From contig CBETVX010000003.1 in assembly GCA_965539935.1 (NCBI GenBank), positions 9,928-73,927 on the forward strand: 64,000 bases of DNA, written 5' to 3'. Below the pieces are notes generated by a model. That model saw only the letters and a program-made list of their open reading frames with translations, had not been told where the DNA came from and searched no databases. A program made the position numbers and the translations under genes. Of this stretch, positions 10,017-18,395 are shown piece after piece; positions within the stretch are counted from its first letter, which is position 1, and every line of letters starts with the position of its first letter. The DNA comes from an uncultured Eubacteriales bacterium. Its GTDB lineage: Bacteria; Bacillota; Clostridia; Peptostreptococcales; Caminicellaceae.

Positions 10017-10703
10017 CTTAGAAAAAAAAGATATAGAAATCCTTATAAGAAGAAAAATAAGCTCATGGTATTTACATATATAATTTTAACCCTCTTAATA
10101 ATGATATATGGATTTGTTTTGGTAGATAAAAAAATTAAGCCAACGGTGGTAGCTATTGCAGAAGTAAAAGCTCAAGAAATAGCTTCTAAAGCAATAAATC
10201 AATCTATTAAGACAAAATTAACCGATGATATTAGATATCAAGATTTGTATTTCATAAGAACAGATAGTGAGGGAAACGTCACTCTTATGCAAGCTAATAC
10301 AATAATGATGAACTACCTAGCCTCAGAGGTAGCTCTAGCTGTTCAAGAGACTATCAAAAATATAAGGACCTCGGAAATGCGAGTACCCCTAGGAAATATA
10401 TTTGGAAGTCAGCTTCTTGCCCAATATGGTCCAAAGATTAAAATAGATGTAACCCCCATAGGTAGGGTTAATGTTGACTTTTTTACTCAATTTGAACAGT
10501 CAGGAATAAACCAAACTAGACATAAAATATATCTTGTGGTAAAGGCACAGGTAAAGACTATAGTTCCATTCTCATCAAGTACAATGATGGTAGAGTCAAC
10601 AGTTCCAATTGCTGAAACTATAATAGTTGGTAAAGTGCCCGATAATTATATCAATGTACCGGAAGATGAATTCATGAACGTTGTGCCAGATGGATCTGAT
10701 TAA
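10014..10703 (+). CDS. yunB: Sporulation protein YunB
   Basis: Basic N-terminus plus one TM, then KKIKPTVVAIAEVKAQEIASKAINQSI..., as in YunB. The start is ambiguous: TTG 10014, GTG 10005 or ATG 10065. The track start at 9930 runs through the upstream terminator. Confidence 0.7.
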   Translation: MLRKKRYRNPYKKKNKLMVFTYIILTLLIMIYGFVLVDKKIKPTVVAIAEVKAQEIASKAINQSIKTKLTDDIRYQDLYFIRTDSEGNVTLMQANTIMMNYLASEVALAVQETIKNIRTSEMRVPLGNIFGSQLLAQYGPKIKIDVTPIGRVNVDFFTQFEQSGINQTRHKIYLVVKAQVKTIVPFSSSTMMVESTVPIAETIIVGKVPDNYINVPEDEFMNVVPDGSD

Positions 10704-10739
10704 TAGAATGACTTTGTGATTTAAATAAAAGTAAGAGAA

Positions 10740-10841
10740 GTAGGTGCGGCTGATATGTTCCCTTTATAATAGACAGTTTAAATAAAATACCTGTTTACTA
10801 TGATGGGAGATTATAAGTACGCACCTGCATTTCTTTTTTTT
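10740..10841 (+). terminator. Long imperfect hairpin plus U-tract downstream of yunB (terminator or small structured RNA)
   Basis: Outer stem AGGTGCG (10742-48) / CGCACCT (10820-26), inner pairings TCCC/GGGA and AGACAG/CTGTTT, then TTTCTTTTTTTT. Confidence 0.45.
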
Positions 10842-10984
10842 GACCAGATTTTCTTCCCAAAAAAGTTTGTTTTTTTATGTTTAGAATATATCATTTCTAG
10901 AATTAGTTTGGATTTAGGTTAGGTCAATATTCTAGATACAAAAAGTCTAACATTTAACAAGCTAATTTTAAAGTTAGATTTGTA

Positions 10985-11030
10985 AAAAAATTCTTTTTTT
11001 CAGCAGTTTCGAACCGTCACTGAGATTAAA
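10985..11030 (-). repeat. Copy of the GGGACGGTT-type repeat (inverted orientation)
   Basis: Reverse complement GTGACGGTTCGAAACTGCTGAAAAAAAGAATTTTTTTAC aligns over about 40 nt with 12950-12990 (GGGACGGTTAGAAACTGATGAAAAAATAATGTTTTTAAT). Confidence 0.6.
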
Positions 11031-11141
11031 AGATATTTGATTATCGATTATAAATTAGTTAGATTTTACTTTTTATTATTAAAATATGATATTATATTAC
11101 TGGAACATTAAATAATATTTTAATTTTTACTAGGAGGAAAA

Positions 11142-11996
11142 ATGAAAAAACTAATATTGTTGACCATGTCATTTTTTTTGACATTGGCTATTTTAACCGG
11201 ATGTCAGAAACCGATTTCAGAAGAAAAACAGAATAATTATGTAACAGAAGCTAAGGAAGTGGCAACCCAGGTAGAAGAAAAAACAGAAGAAGCTGTAGAA
11301 GCTAAAATTGAGACGACGGACGACTCTGATAAAAAGATAAGTACTTATGAAGAGGTGTATGGATTGGGGGGATTATTAGGGGAATTTATAGAAAACATTG
11401 ATGTTTACCCTTATGATGATTATGTTATTGTCAGGAAAAGTTACATAGATGGTGATAATGGAGAAGTTGAAGGAATCTTTGTAGTTGACAGTGATGGAAA
11501 TGAGTTATGCCAATTAAGGGATAATTATAATATTGATAATATAGTTGAAGAAATAACTGTAGCTATTGAAAACAAGCATACAAACCTCCAAGGATTTACA
11601 AATGAAAAAATTAACGGAGAGTTAGTAAACTATGATGAGTACATTTCTGTTATTGTACCGATGTATAAGGGAGTGAACATGGAAAAACTGGATAAGATGG
11701 TATTCAACATAAGTGATAAGCAGACAATAGAAGTTTCCTTTGCAGTATTCGGAAAAGCAGCGAATGTGAATATACTATATACAAGTAATGCAAATGAAGA
11801 AGAGTATACCATTACAAAAGTAGGAGAAATAAATGACTCCTTAGTAACAATAAAGACAGATATACCTACAGACTTTTCAAATATCATTATTAAATGTAAT
11901 GTTATGGCAGGAGAGGGATATGTTCATAATGTTGAGTTTTCATTGGATGGTATGAGGGATTTAAGTGAGTATAAACCTATTATGATATCGTGGTAA
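11142..11996 (+). CDS. Lipoprotein of unknown function
   Basis: 284 aa with signal peptide and lipobox (LAILTG|C). Acidic linker, no recognisable domain. RBS AGGAGG. Confidence 0.7.
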   Translation: MKKLILLTMSFFLTLAILTGCQKPISEEKQNNYVTEAKEVATQVEEKTEEAVEAKIETTDDSDKKISTYEEVYGLGGLLGEFIENIDVYPYDDYVIVRKSYIDGDNGEVEGIFVVDSDGNELCQLRDNYNIDNIVEEITVAIENKHTNLQGFTNEKINGELVNYDEYISVIVPMYKGVNMEKLDKMVFNISDKQTIEVSFAVFGKAANVNILYTSNANEEEYTITKVGEINDSLVTIKTDIPTDFSNIIIKCNVMAGEGYVHNVEFSLDGMRDLSEYKPIMISW

Positions 11997-12199
11997 AAGT
12001 TGTTAGAACATGCTGGTACTATGATAACCGTACTTACTCATATCAAACATATATCTAAGGAGAATTTTGAAGTTTTCACTATTTTGACTGATATTAATTT
12101 AAATATTCTATATATTATATAATAAACAAAAATGTTATAAGATTAATAGAAACAGGTTTTTCACCAAAAAATAGAGAAGAACCTGTTTTGTGTATCTCT

Positions 12200-12402
12200 A
12201 ACAAAGGGTGACGGCTCTTATGGTTGTCAAATTAGTAACTAAATGATAATCTAAATAAGGATGATACAATCTAAGAATAGTAGGAGAAAAAATGTGGCTG
12301 TAATATATAACATATTATTAAAGGGAATCAATAAATAAACAATATAGCTAGAATAAAAGGAATAAGCAAGTACATTATATTAAAATCATAGATTTATGTT
12401 TT
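12200..12402 (+). repeat. Degenerate ~200-bp repeat unit, copy A (begins CAAAGGGTGACGGCT, ends with a 45-nt conserved core)
   Basis: The core at 12358-12402 (AGGAATAAGCAAGTACATTATATTAAAATCATAGATTTATGTTTT) matches 13681-13725 at 41 of 45 positions. The upstream part aligns loosely with 13565-13680. Confidence 0.7.
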
Positions 12403-12475
12403 GACCATAAGTATGATCTCTATGGCAAAATAAGTAATTTATTTAATAATAATAAAGTATTAGGAGGATTATAAA

Positions 12476-12844
12476 ATGGAGTTAAAAATAATAAATCAAG
12501 ATTTTTCAATATGTAAAGTGGAAGATTTATCTCAGATAGATTATTCAGATGAATTTTGTTTTATTAGTAAGACAGATGAGGAGTTATCATTAGTATGTAA
12601 TACAAATCTGGTACCCCCAAATGCAATTGAATGTGATAATGGCTGGAAAGCTTTTAGAATACAAGGTGTTTTAGATTTTTCTCTTATAGGCATTTTGTCA
12701 AAAATAGCTACTTTGTTAGCAGAAAATAAAATTGGAATATTTGCAGTGTCAACATATAATACAGATTATATTTTAACCAAAAAGGAAAATTTTGATAAAG
12801 CAATTAAAACCATTGAAAAAAATGGATATGAAATAAAGTTTTAA
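12476..12844 (+). CDS. ACT-domain-containing protein
   Basis: 122 aa. The pattern FSICK....DEFCFISKTDEELSLVC......W.AFRIQGVLDFSLIGILSKI...LAE..IGIFAVSTYNTDYIL is typical of small ACT_7-type proteins. RBS AGGAGG. Confidence 0.65.
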   Translation: MELKIINQDFSICKVEDLSQIDYSDEFCFISKTDEELSLVCNTNLVPPNAIECDNGWKAFRIQGVLDFSLIGILSKIATLLAENKIGIFAVSTYNTDYILTKKENFDKAIKTIEKNGYEIKF

Positions 12845-12943
12845 AATCTAGTTTGTTAGTTTAGATAATATGCTTTTTATATTAACTGACCACATCACTT
12901 ATACAGTATACAAAAATTAATAAGTCCTTGACTTTTCAAAGGA

Positions 12944-12995
12944 TACAAAGGGACGGTTAGAAACTGATGAAAAAATAATGTTTTTAATACTGTAC
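12944..12995 (+). repeat. Copy of the GGGACGGTT-type repeat
   Basis: CAAAGGGACGGTTAGAAACTGATGAAAAAAT... The exact 9-mer GGGACGGTT is at 12950-12958. Confidence 0.6.
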
Positions 12996-13006
12996 TTCCG
13001 CCAATA

Positions 13007-13015
13007 TGGTATAAT
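13007..13015 (+). promoter_or_regulatory. Extended -10 promoter element (TGgTATAAT) inside the ORF-free region
   Basis: TGGTATAAT at 13007-13015. No good -35, but the extended -10 form can compensate for that. Fires rightwards towards a 13-codon ORF with a strong RBS. Confidence 0.4.
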
Positions 13016-13040
13016 TTGTGATTTTTGACTGGTAGGAAAA

Positions 13041-13062
13041 AGCTTTTTGCCAATAGTTGGTG
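13041..13062 (+). repeat. 22-nt repeat containing the palindrome TGCCAATAGTTGGTGGCA (copy 1)
   Basis: AGCTTTTTGCCAATAGTTGGTG matches AGCTCTTTGTCAATAGTTGGTG at 13470-13491 at 20 of 22 positions. The CCAA-tag-TTGG core is self-complementary. Confidence 0.6.
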
Positions 13063-13469
13063 GCAGATTAATTGTAATGTGCTTCAATATTAGATTTGAG
13101 ATTATTTTGATGGAAAGGTAAAAGGAGCAATTTCATGTATAAGGAGAAAAATATAATATTGTCAATAGTGATTTAAATATCGTTAGTTGTAATAAGTTTA
13201 ATAGTTTTTTTAAAATTTACTAAACAAATCGAATTTAGTATTCAATATTTTATTCCCATTGATTTATGGATTTTCTGGAATATTTTCTATTTTAAGAAAT
13301 TAAAAATATTTTGGAGTTTTTTTAATATTTTTCTCTACATATTATTTTTTAAAGTATATTAAAATTTAGGATTTATATAAAAGAAAGATAGGTTTTGAAT
13401 TTGACATGAAAATAATAGAATACACTTGAGCACATATTAAAGATGGACTGCTTTTAATCTGTGTTTTTT

Positions 13470-13491
13470 AGCTCTTTGTCAATAGTTGGTG
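13470..13491 (+). repeat. 22-nt repeat (copy 2)
   Basis: See 13041-13062. Confidence 0.6.
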
Positions 13492-13564
13492 TGGGTATTT
13501 TATAAAATGCCTGCCTTTTATTATTTTAGAGCTATTTTTAAAATTATTTTCCATAACTAAGGGT

Positions 13565-13743
13565 AACCAAGGGGACGGTTTTTTAGTTGAGGGATTAGTT
13601 AATTAAAATGAAAGGGAAATAAATAAGTATAAAAGAATAATTTAAAAAGGATTATCAACTTGACAGATAGTTATACTAACAGGAATAAGCAGGTATATTA
13701 TATTAAAATCGTTGATTTATGTTTAGATCACAATAACCGTCCC
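13565..13743 (+). repeat. ~180-bp repeat unit, copy B, bounded by inverted GGGACGGTT motifs
   Basis: GGGACGGTT at 13572-13580 (+) and AACCGTCCC at 13735-13743 (same motif on the minus strand). The 45-nt core at 13681-13725 matches copy A. Confidence 0.7.
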
Positions 13744-13759
13744 TGTGATATGTGTGTGT

Positions 13760-14209
13760 TTATTCCCATGGCAAAACATCATTTTCTTCTTTAAGATGCT
13801 CTAAAATTTTCCATATACCTTCTCCAGTATAAGAACTGACATGGAACACCGTTTCACAACCTGAAAGACGTAACCAATTCTCTGCCAATTTGGGATTAGC
13901 ATAGGGATGGTCTATCTTAGTTACAATACCTATGACTTCACGGTTTACACAGGGGGTAATATTAGGAGGATATAGGGAATAGGGCTCTGTAGCACTAATC
14001 AATAACCCTACTACATCGGCCTCATAGGAATATAGGGCAAGGGCACGGGCTAAAAATTTATTTTCAGCATACTCACCCGGTGTATCAATTACAACATCAA
14101 AATGATTTATATATTGAGTTTTATGATAGGAGATTTTTTCCCCTCTTAATGCTTGGGTAAGGGTGGTTTTTCCACAGCCACTCCTTCCCATTAAAATTAT
14201 TTTTCTCAT
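13760..14209 (-). CDS. EutP/PduV-family microcompartment-associated GTPase
   Basis: MRKIILMGRSGCGKTTLTQALRGE...KTQ....IDTPGEY.EN aligns by eye with EutP/PduV (P-loop GxxGCGKT). ATG 14209 lies 9 nt after AGGTG. A GTG at 14221 is the alternative start. Confidence 0.85.
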   Translation of the reverse strand: MRKIILMGRSGCGKTTLTQALRGEKISYHKTQYINHFDVVIDTPGEYAENKFLARALALYSYEADVVGLLISATEPYSLYPPNITPCVNREVIGIVTKIDHPYANPKLAENWLRLSGCETVFHVSSYTGEGIWKILEHLKEENDVLPWE

Positions 14210-14221
14210 ATTATCAAACAC

Positions 14222-14599
14222 CTACGTTGTAGTTATTTCACATACAGTAAAACCAAGTTTATCCCTCGTATACTCTAAAATAGCCTTAATAGAAGACTGA
14301 ACTTGGGAAAACTTACCTGTAACGATTAAAGTTCCACTAAATCTATCAACAAAGCCAAGGTCAACATTGGAGGTTTTAGTAGCAATATCCCCTGCAATTA
14401 TTGCTGTTTCACTTGGAGTAATAGTTATAATCCCTATAGCTGATTTTTCATAATCAATATCTGGGTTCAAACCTAATTTCTTATAAATAATTTTATCCGG
14501 TCCCGCAATGATATGAGCAATAGAGATTTGTTTACCAGGAACAGTTTCTTGAATAATTCTTAATTTTTCTTCTTTAGGTAAAACATCTTCTAAATTCAT
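14222..14599 (-). CDS. EutS/PduU-type (circularly permuted) BMC-domain shell protein
   Basis: 125 aa. RIIQETVPGKQISIAHIIAGP...YKKLGL...AIGIITITPSETAIIAGDIATKTSNVDLGFVDRFSGTLIVTG closely parallels PduU/EutS. RBS AAGGTGGGA. Confidence 0.85.
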   Translation of the reverse strand: MNLEDVLPKEEKLRIIQETVPGKQISIAHIIAGPDKIIYKKLGLNPDIDYEKSAIGIITITPSETAIIAGDIATKTSNVDLGFVDRFSGTLIVTGKFSQVQSSIKAILEYTRDKLGFTVCEITTT

Positions 14600-15054
14600 A
14601 GTAGTCCCACCTTTTATATTTTTATTTTCAATGTAATTGCTTAGTATTTCTATATATATTTATAATTTCCTTCTAATTTTATTATAATATTTTATGCATA
14701 ATTCAGAGAAATAATAAGAAGTTGAATGATAATATTATAAAAGTTTTAGCTGGGTCAATACTTCTCGATTTTGGCAGAAAAATACTTTATCAGGTATGTT
14801 TTTTTGGGAAATATTTCGTAGTTCCTTTATTTTCTATTCCATTTCTTTTTTAGTCAACTCTACACACCACACAATATATTCTATATCTAATTATATATTA
14901 CTACAGTAGTATAGTTTGTAAATGTACCTTAATTTGTAAATAACGATCCTTTTTTAGGCAATGATATGATGTGAAGCTACTATATTAAAATATTAGAATT
15001 AATATTTAGATAGCTTCTTTCCTCGGCATAAAGAAAGAAAATTCTAACAAATAC

Positions 15055-15083
15055 CTTGACGTGTTAAAAATTTAACTATATTA
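15055..15083 (+). promoter_or_regulatory. Sigma-A-type promoter of the SDR gene
   Basis: TTGACG, 17 nt spacer, TATTAT. Confidence 0.45.
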
Positions 15084-15140
15084 TTATGTTAATAGTTTAA
15101 TATCTTTATTAAAATTTCAAAATAGTAGGAGGAAATTATC

Positions 15141-15881
15141 ATGGTTGATTTGACTGGAAAAGTAGCTGTTATTACAGGTGCAGGTTCAGGTATTGGAAAA
15201 GAGACGGCCCTTACATTTGCTAAGCAAGGGGCAAGTGTTGTATGTGCCGATATCAAAGGATCCCATGATACTACAGAAGAAATTAAACAAAAGGGTGGAA
15301 AAGCGATATCCATATCATTGGATGTTGCAAAATGGGATCAATGGACAGCGTTAATGGAAAAAACAGAAGTCGAATTTGGCAAGGTTGACATTCTATGTAG
15401 TATAGCTGGCATTTCAGAAGCTACAAATATCATTGATCTTACAGAAGAGCAATTCGATCTTATGATGAATGTCAATGTTAAAGGTGTTTACTTTGGTATG
15501 AAAGCTGTGTTGCCAGGTATGTTAGAAAAAGGGGCAGGAAAAATTGTTAACGTTGCCTCTTTGGCAGCTCATGTTGGTTTAGCTGGACTTCCAAGCTACT
15601 CGGCATCTAAAGGTGCAGTTGTTTCCATGAGTAGACAAGTTGCCATGGAATATGCAAAACATAACATTCAAGTTAACGTTGTATCTCCAGGTATTATTGC
15701 AACTCCTATTCTAGCTAATAACACTCCTGAAATGACTAAAGCATTTACTGATGCTACACCAGCAGGACGCCTTGGTGAACCTGTAGAAATAGCTAATATG
15801 ATTGCATTCCTTTGTTCTGAAGACAGTAATTTCACAACTGGTCAAGCAATTATGGTTGACGGTGGCTGGAGCCAACAATAA
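15141..15881 (+). CDS. Short-chain dehydrogenase/reductase (classical SDR)
   Basis: 246 aa with TGAGSGIGK cofactor motif, NVAS and catalytic YSASK. RBS AGGAGG. Confidence 0.9.
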   Translation: MVDLTGKVAVITGAGSGIGKETALTFAKQGASVVCADIKGSHDTTEEIKQKGGKAISISLDVAKWDQWTALMEKTEVEFGKVDILCSIAGISEATNIIDLTEEQFDLMMNVNVKGVYFGMKAVLPGMLEKGAGKIVNVASLAAHVGLAGLPSYSASKGAVVSMSRQVAMEYAKHNIQVNVVSPGIIATPILANNTPEMTKAFTDATPAGRLGEPVEIANMIAFLCSEDSNFTTGQAIMVDGGWSQQ

Positions 15882-16111
15882 TATTTATAGTATATGAATA
15901 TCTACATATAACTTTTATACCATATTAAGTAGAGACTTAAAGGATAATAGGTCATTGTATAGTTGGGGTGGGATTTCTTATAATTCCACTCCATTATTAC
16001 GTTTAGACCTATTTTAATGGAGATGTAATAAGTTAATTTTATAATATTCTTTATAAACAAGGAACATTTTAGAATATTCATTTCACAGGCATTTTTTGCA
16101 TTATGAATTTT

Positions 16112-17512
16112 CTATAAAATTTTTTTATCGTTCTTGATTGTGGGCAAAACAATTTCTACTTTTACCCCTTTATTAATATCGCTTAATAATAACAAATGTC
16201 CTTGATGTGCTTTTGCAATTCTTGCAACCATTGGCAAACCTAATCCATGTCCATTACTCACCCTATGCTTTCTTTTGGAAGAATAGGGCAATTCTAATAA
16301 ATCTGTAAGTTTCTCTTGAGGAATTCCTTTACCATTATCAGATACTATGATACTACAGGTTTTGTTGACTGGGTTTAGAGCCGTTTCTAACTGTATTTTA
16401 CATCCATCAGGATTATGGTTAATACTGTTTTGCACCAGGTTAGTAATGGCACGCATTAGCAGTCTTCTATCACCATCTACTTGAATACTTTCATTAGAAA
16501 TCTTAACATCAATGGTGAAGAGTTCATCTAATCCCTTATTTATAAATTCAGTTGCCATTTGTCTTATCAATGCAGATATGCGAATTGGATTTTTATTTAG
16601 TGGTTGCATTTCATACTCCAGCATTGAAACAAGATTTAGATCACTCACAAGAGAGCTTAGATATTCTGCTTGCTGTCGTATGATACTTGATTGTTGTCTT
16701 TGTTCTGATGGGATATTGATATTTTCTTCTAGACCACTTGAATAGCCAAGAATCATAGAAAGTGGAGTTCGAATGTCGTGGGAAATTCCTGAGATCCAGT
16801 TTGAACGGGCTTCATCTCTCTTTTTTAGGTTCTCATTTCTTTCTTCTAATAAAGATGATACACGGTTTATACTTTGTGCAAGTGGAGCTAATATTCCTTT
16901 TGGTTCTATAAAGACTTCTTTATCTTCAGCAAGGGCTTGTATTCCATGGGTCAAGGGACGGATAGATTGAATTAATTTGGAGCCAATGAAAAGGGATAAA
17001 AGTAATGCCAGTACTATATTAGCAATGATTAAAGATGTTATTTTTAACGGAAAAGAAGAAACCCAGTTTGTTGGGAAAATATACTGATATTTTGCTAAAC
17101 TATTTTGGGGATATCCTATAACTACTAAACCAGCATCATGTTGCCATACAAAAACAGGATAATCTAGTAAATAGTTTCTTGTTAATTTAGCTATATCTGT
17201 TAATGAATAAATTTCAGGAAGTTCTTCAGGAGCCATATAATTCCACGCTACGTGGCCTGTATCGTCAATTAACATTGCCCATGCATTGTTTTGATTAAGC
17301 AATTCTATTTGTTGTGAATCTAAATAATAGTTATCTGAAGAAAGATATAAACCTTCTGCTACCTTTTGAACAACAGCAGCTGGAGATTGTCCATTGTTAG
17401 CGCCTTTAAAGACCCACATACCTAATAACACAAAGTTGAGAACAAGCAAAAAAACAGAAATTATCATGGTTGAAAATATAAAACGTTTTAAAATTCGTAG
17501 AGCACCTTCCAT
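16112..17512 (-). CDS. Sensor histidine kinase (two TM segments, HisKA + HATPase)
   Basis: 466 aa with H-box SHDIRTPLS, N-box QNSINHN, DNGKGI and GHGLGL. Confidence 0.9.
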   Translation of the reverse strand: MEGALRILKRFIFSTMIISVFLLVLNFVLLGMWVFKGANNGQSPAAVVQKVAEGLYLSSDNYYLDSQQIELLNQNNAWAMLIDDTGHVAWNYMAPEELPEIYSLTDIAKLTRNYLLDYPVFVWQHDAGLVVIGYPQNSLAKYQYIFPTNWVSSFPLKITSLIIANIVLALLLSLFIGSKLIQSIRPLTHGIQALAEDKEVFIEPKGILAPLAQSINRVSSLLEERNENLKKRDEARSNWISGISHDIRTPLSMILGYSSGLEENINIPSEQRQQSSIIRQQAEYLSSLVSDLNLVSMLEYEMQPLNKNPIRISALIRQMATEFINKGLDELFTIDVKISNESIQVDGDRRLLMRAITNLVQNSINHNPDGCKIQLETALNPVNKTCSIIVSDNGKGIPQEKLTDLLELPYSSKRKHRVSNGHGLGLPMVARIAKAHQGHLLLLSDINKGVKVEIVLPTIKNDKKIL

Positions 17513-17513
17513 T

Positions 17514-18224
17514 TTAATTCTCCTTCACCATGAGTTTATACCCTAACCCTCGAACTGTTATTAAATATTCTGGATTAGATGGGCTCACTTCAATTTTTTC
17601 ACGGATACGACGTATGTGTACCATTAGTGTATTTTCAAGACCATAATAATCATCTCCCCATGCGGCTTGACAAAGAGCATCACTGGTTACAATACGACTT
17701 CTATTTTCATAAAGTTTATAAAGTAATATAAGCTCTTTTGCCGTTAAAGGATATTCCTTAGAATTACTTTGAACAATACCACTTTCCAGGTTAATAATAC
17801 GGTCTCCTAACTGAAAAACAGGACGTTTTTCACTTTTGGGTGGAGAATAAACCCTATTCAAGATTGCTGTTAACCGAAGGACCAGTTCTCGTGGTAAAAA
17901 AGGTTTTACTATGTAGTCGTCTGCACCAAGTCCAAGACCTAGTAGACGGTCTTCATCATTACCCCTTGCCGATAAAAAGAGAACAGGTATATTTGATGTT
18001 TTACGTAAAGAGGATAACAGGGAAAATCCATCGCCATCAGGTAACATGACATCTAAAATCACAATATCAGGTTTTACAGAATTACAAATTTCTAATGTCT
18101 CTGAACAGTTGGAGGCTCTATAGATCCGTGTAAAACCTTCCCTACGCAAAAAACTATCTATCATATTTCTTATTTCTACCTCATCATCGACTATGAGAAT
18201 TTTTTTGTATTTTATATCATCCAT
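17514..18224 (-). CDS. OmpR/PhoB-family response regulator
   Basis: 236 aa. Receiver domain (DDE...ILDVMLPDGDG...KP) plus a winged-helix C-terminal domain (RRIREKIE...TVRGLGYKL). Its stop codon is 1 nt from the kinase start. Confidence 0.9.
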   Translation of the reverse strand: MDDIKYKKILIVDDEVEIRNMIDSFLRREGFTRIYRASNCSETLEICNSVKPDIVILDVMLPDGDGFSLLSSLRKTSNIPVLFLSARGNDEDRLLGLGLGADDYIVKPFLPRELVLRLTAILNRVYSPPKSEKRPVFQLGDRIINLESGIVQSNSKEYPLTAKELILLYKLYENRSRIVTSDALCQAAWGDDYYGLENTLMVHIRRIREKIEVSPSNPEYLITVRGLGYKLMVKEN

Positions 18225-18298
18225 ATGAAATCACCCATAATAATTATATATTACATTTATTTTCCTTTCACCTATTTATTATTCCTGTTCTTACAATT

Positions 18299-18317
18299 TA
18301 AGGTTAGCGTAAGGTTA
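18299..18317 (+). promoter_or_regulatory. Direct repeat TAAGGTTA-N3-TAAGGTTA (candidate response-regulator operator) in the divergent RR/ABC intergenic region
   Basis: Two identical octamers with 11-bp periodicity, about 30 nt upstream of a TATTATACT -10-like sequence. A third, degenerate AAAGGTTA follows. Confidence 0.4.
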
Positions 18318-18395
18318 TTGTTAGTTTTAAGAAAGGTTACTTTATTATACTTTAACGTAAAAATATTGTAAATGGATGGACAGGAGGAAGTAAAT

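Noticed and set aside
11001-11025. GGTTCGAAAC (minus strand), which resembles a tRNA T-arm/T-loop.
   Set aside because: The flanking bases cannot form the 5-bp T-stem (GACGG versus CTGCT), and no acceptor, D or anticodon arms could be drawn. It belongs to the repeat family instead.
13760-15881. The idea that the neighbouring SDR gene belongs to a microcompartment pathway with the PduU/PduV pair.
   Set aside because: The SDR is divergently transcribed from its own TTGACG-17-TATTAT promoter, about 490 bp away. No aldehyde dehydrogenase, phosphotransacylase or further shell genes are present.
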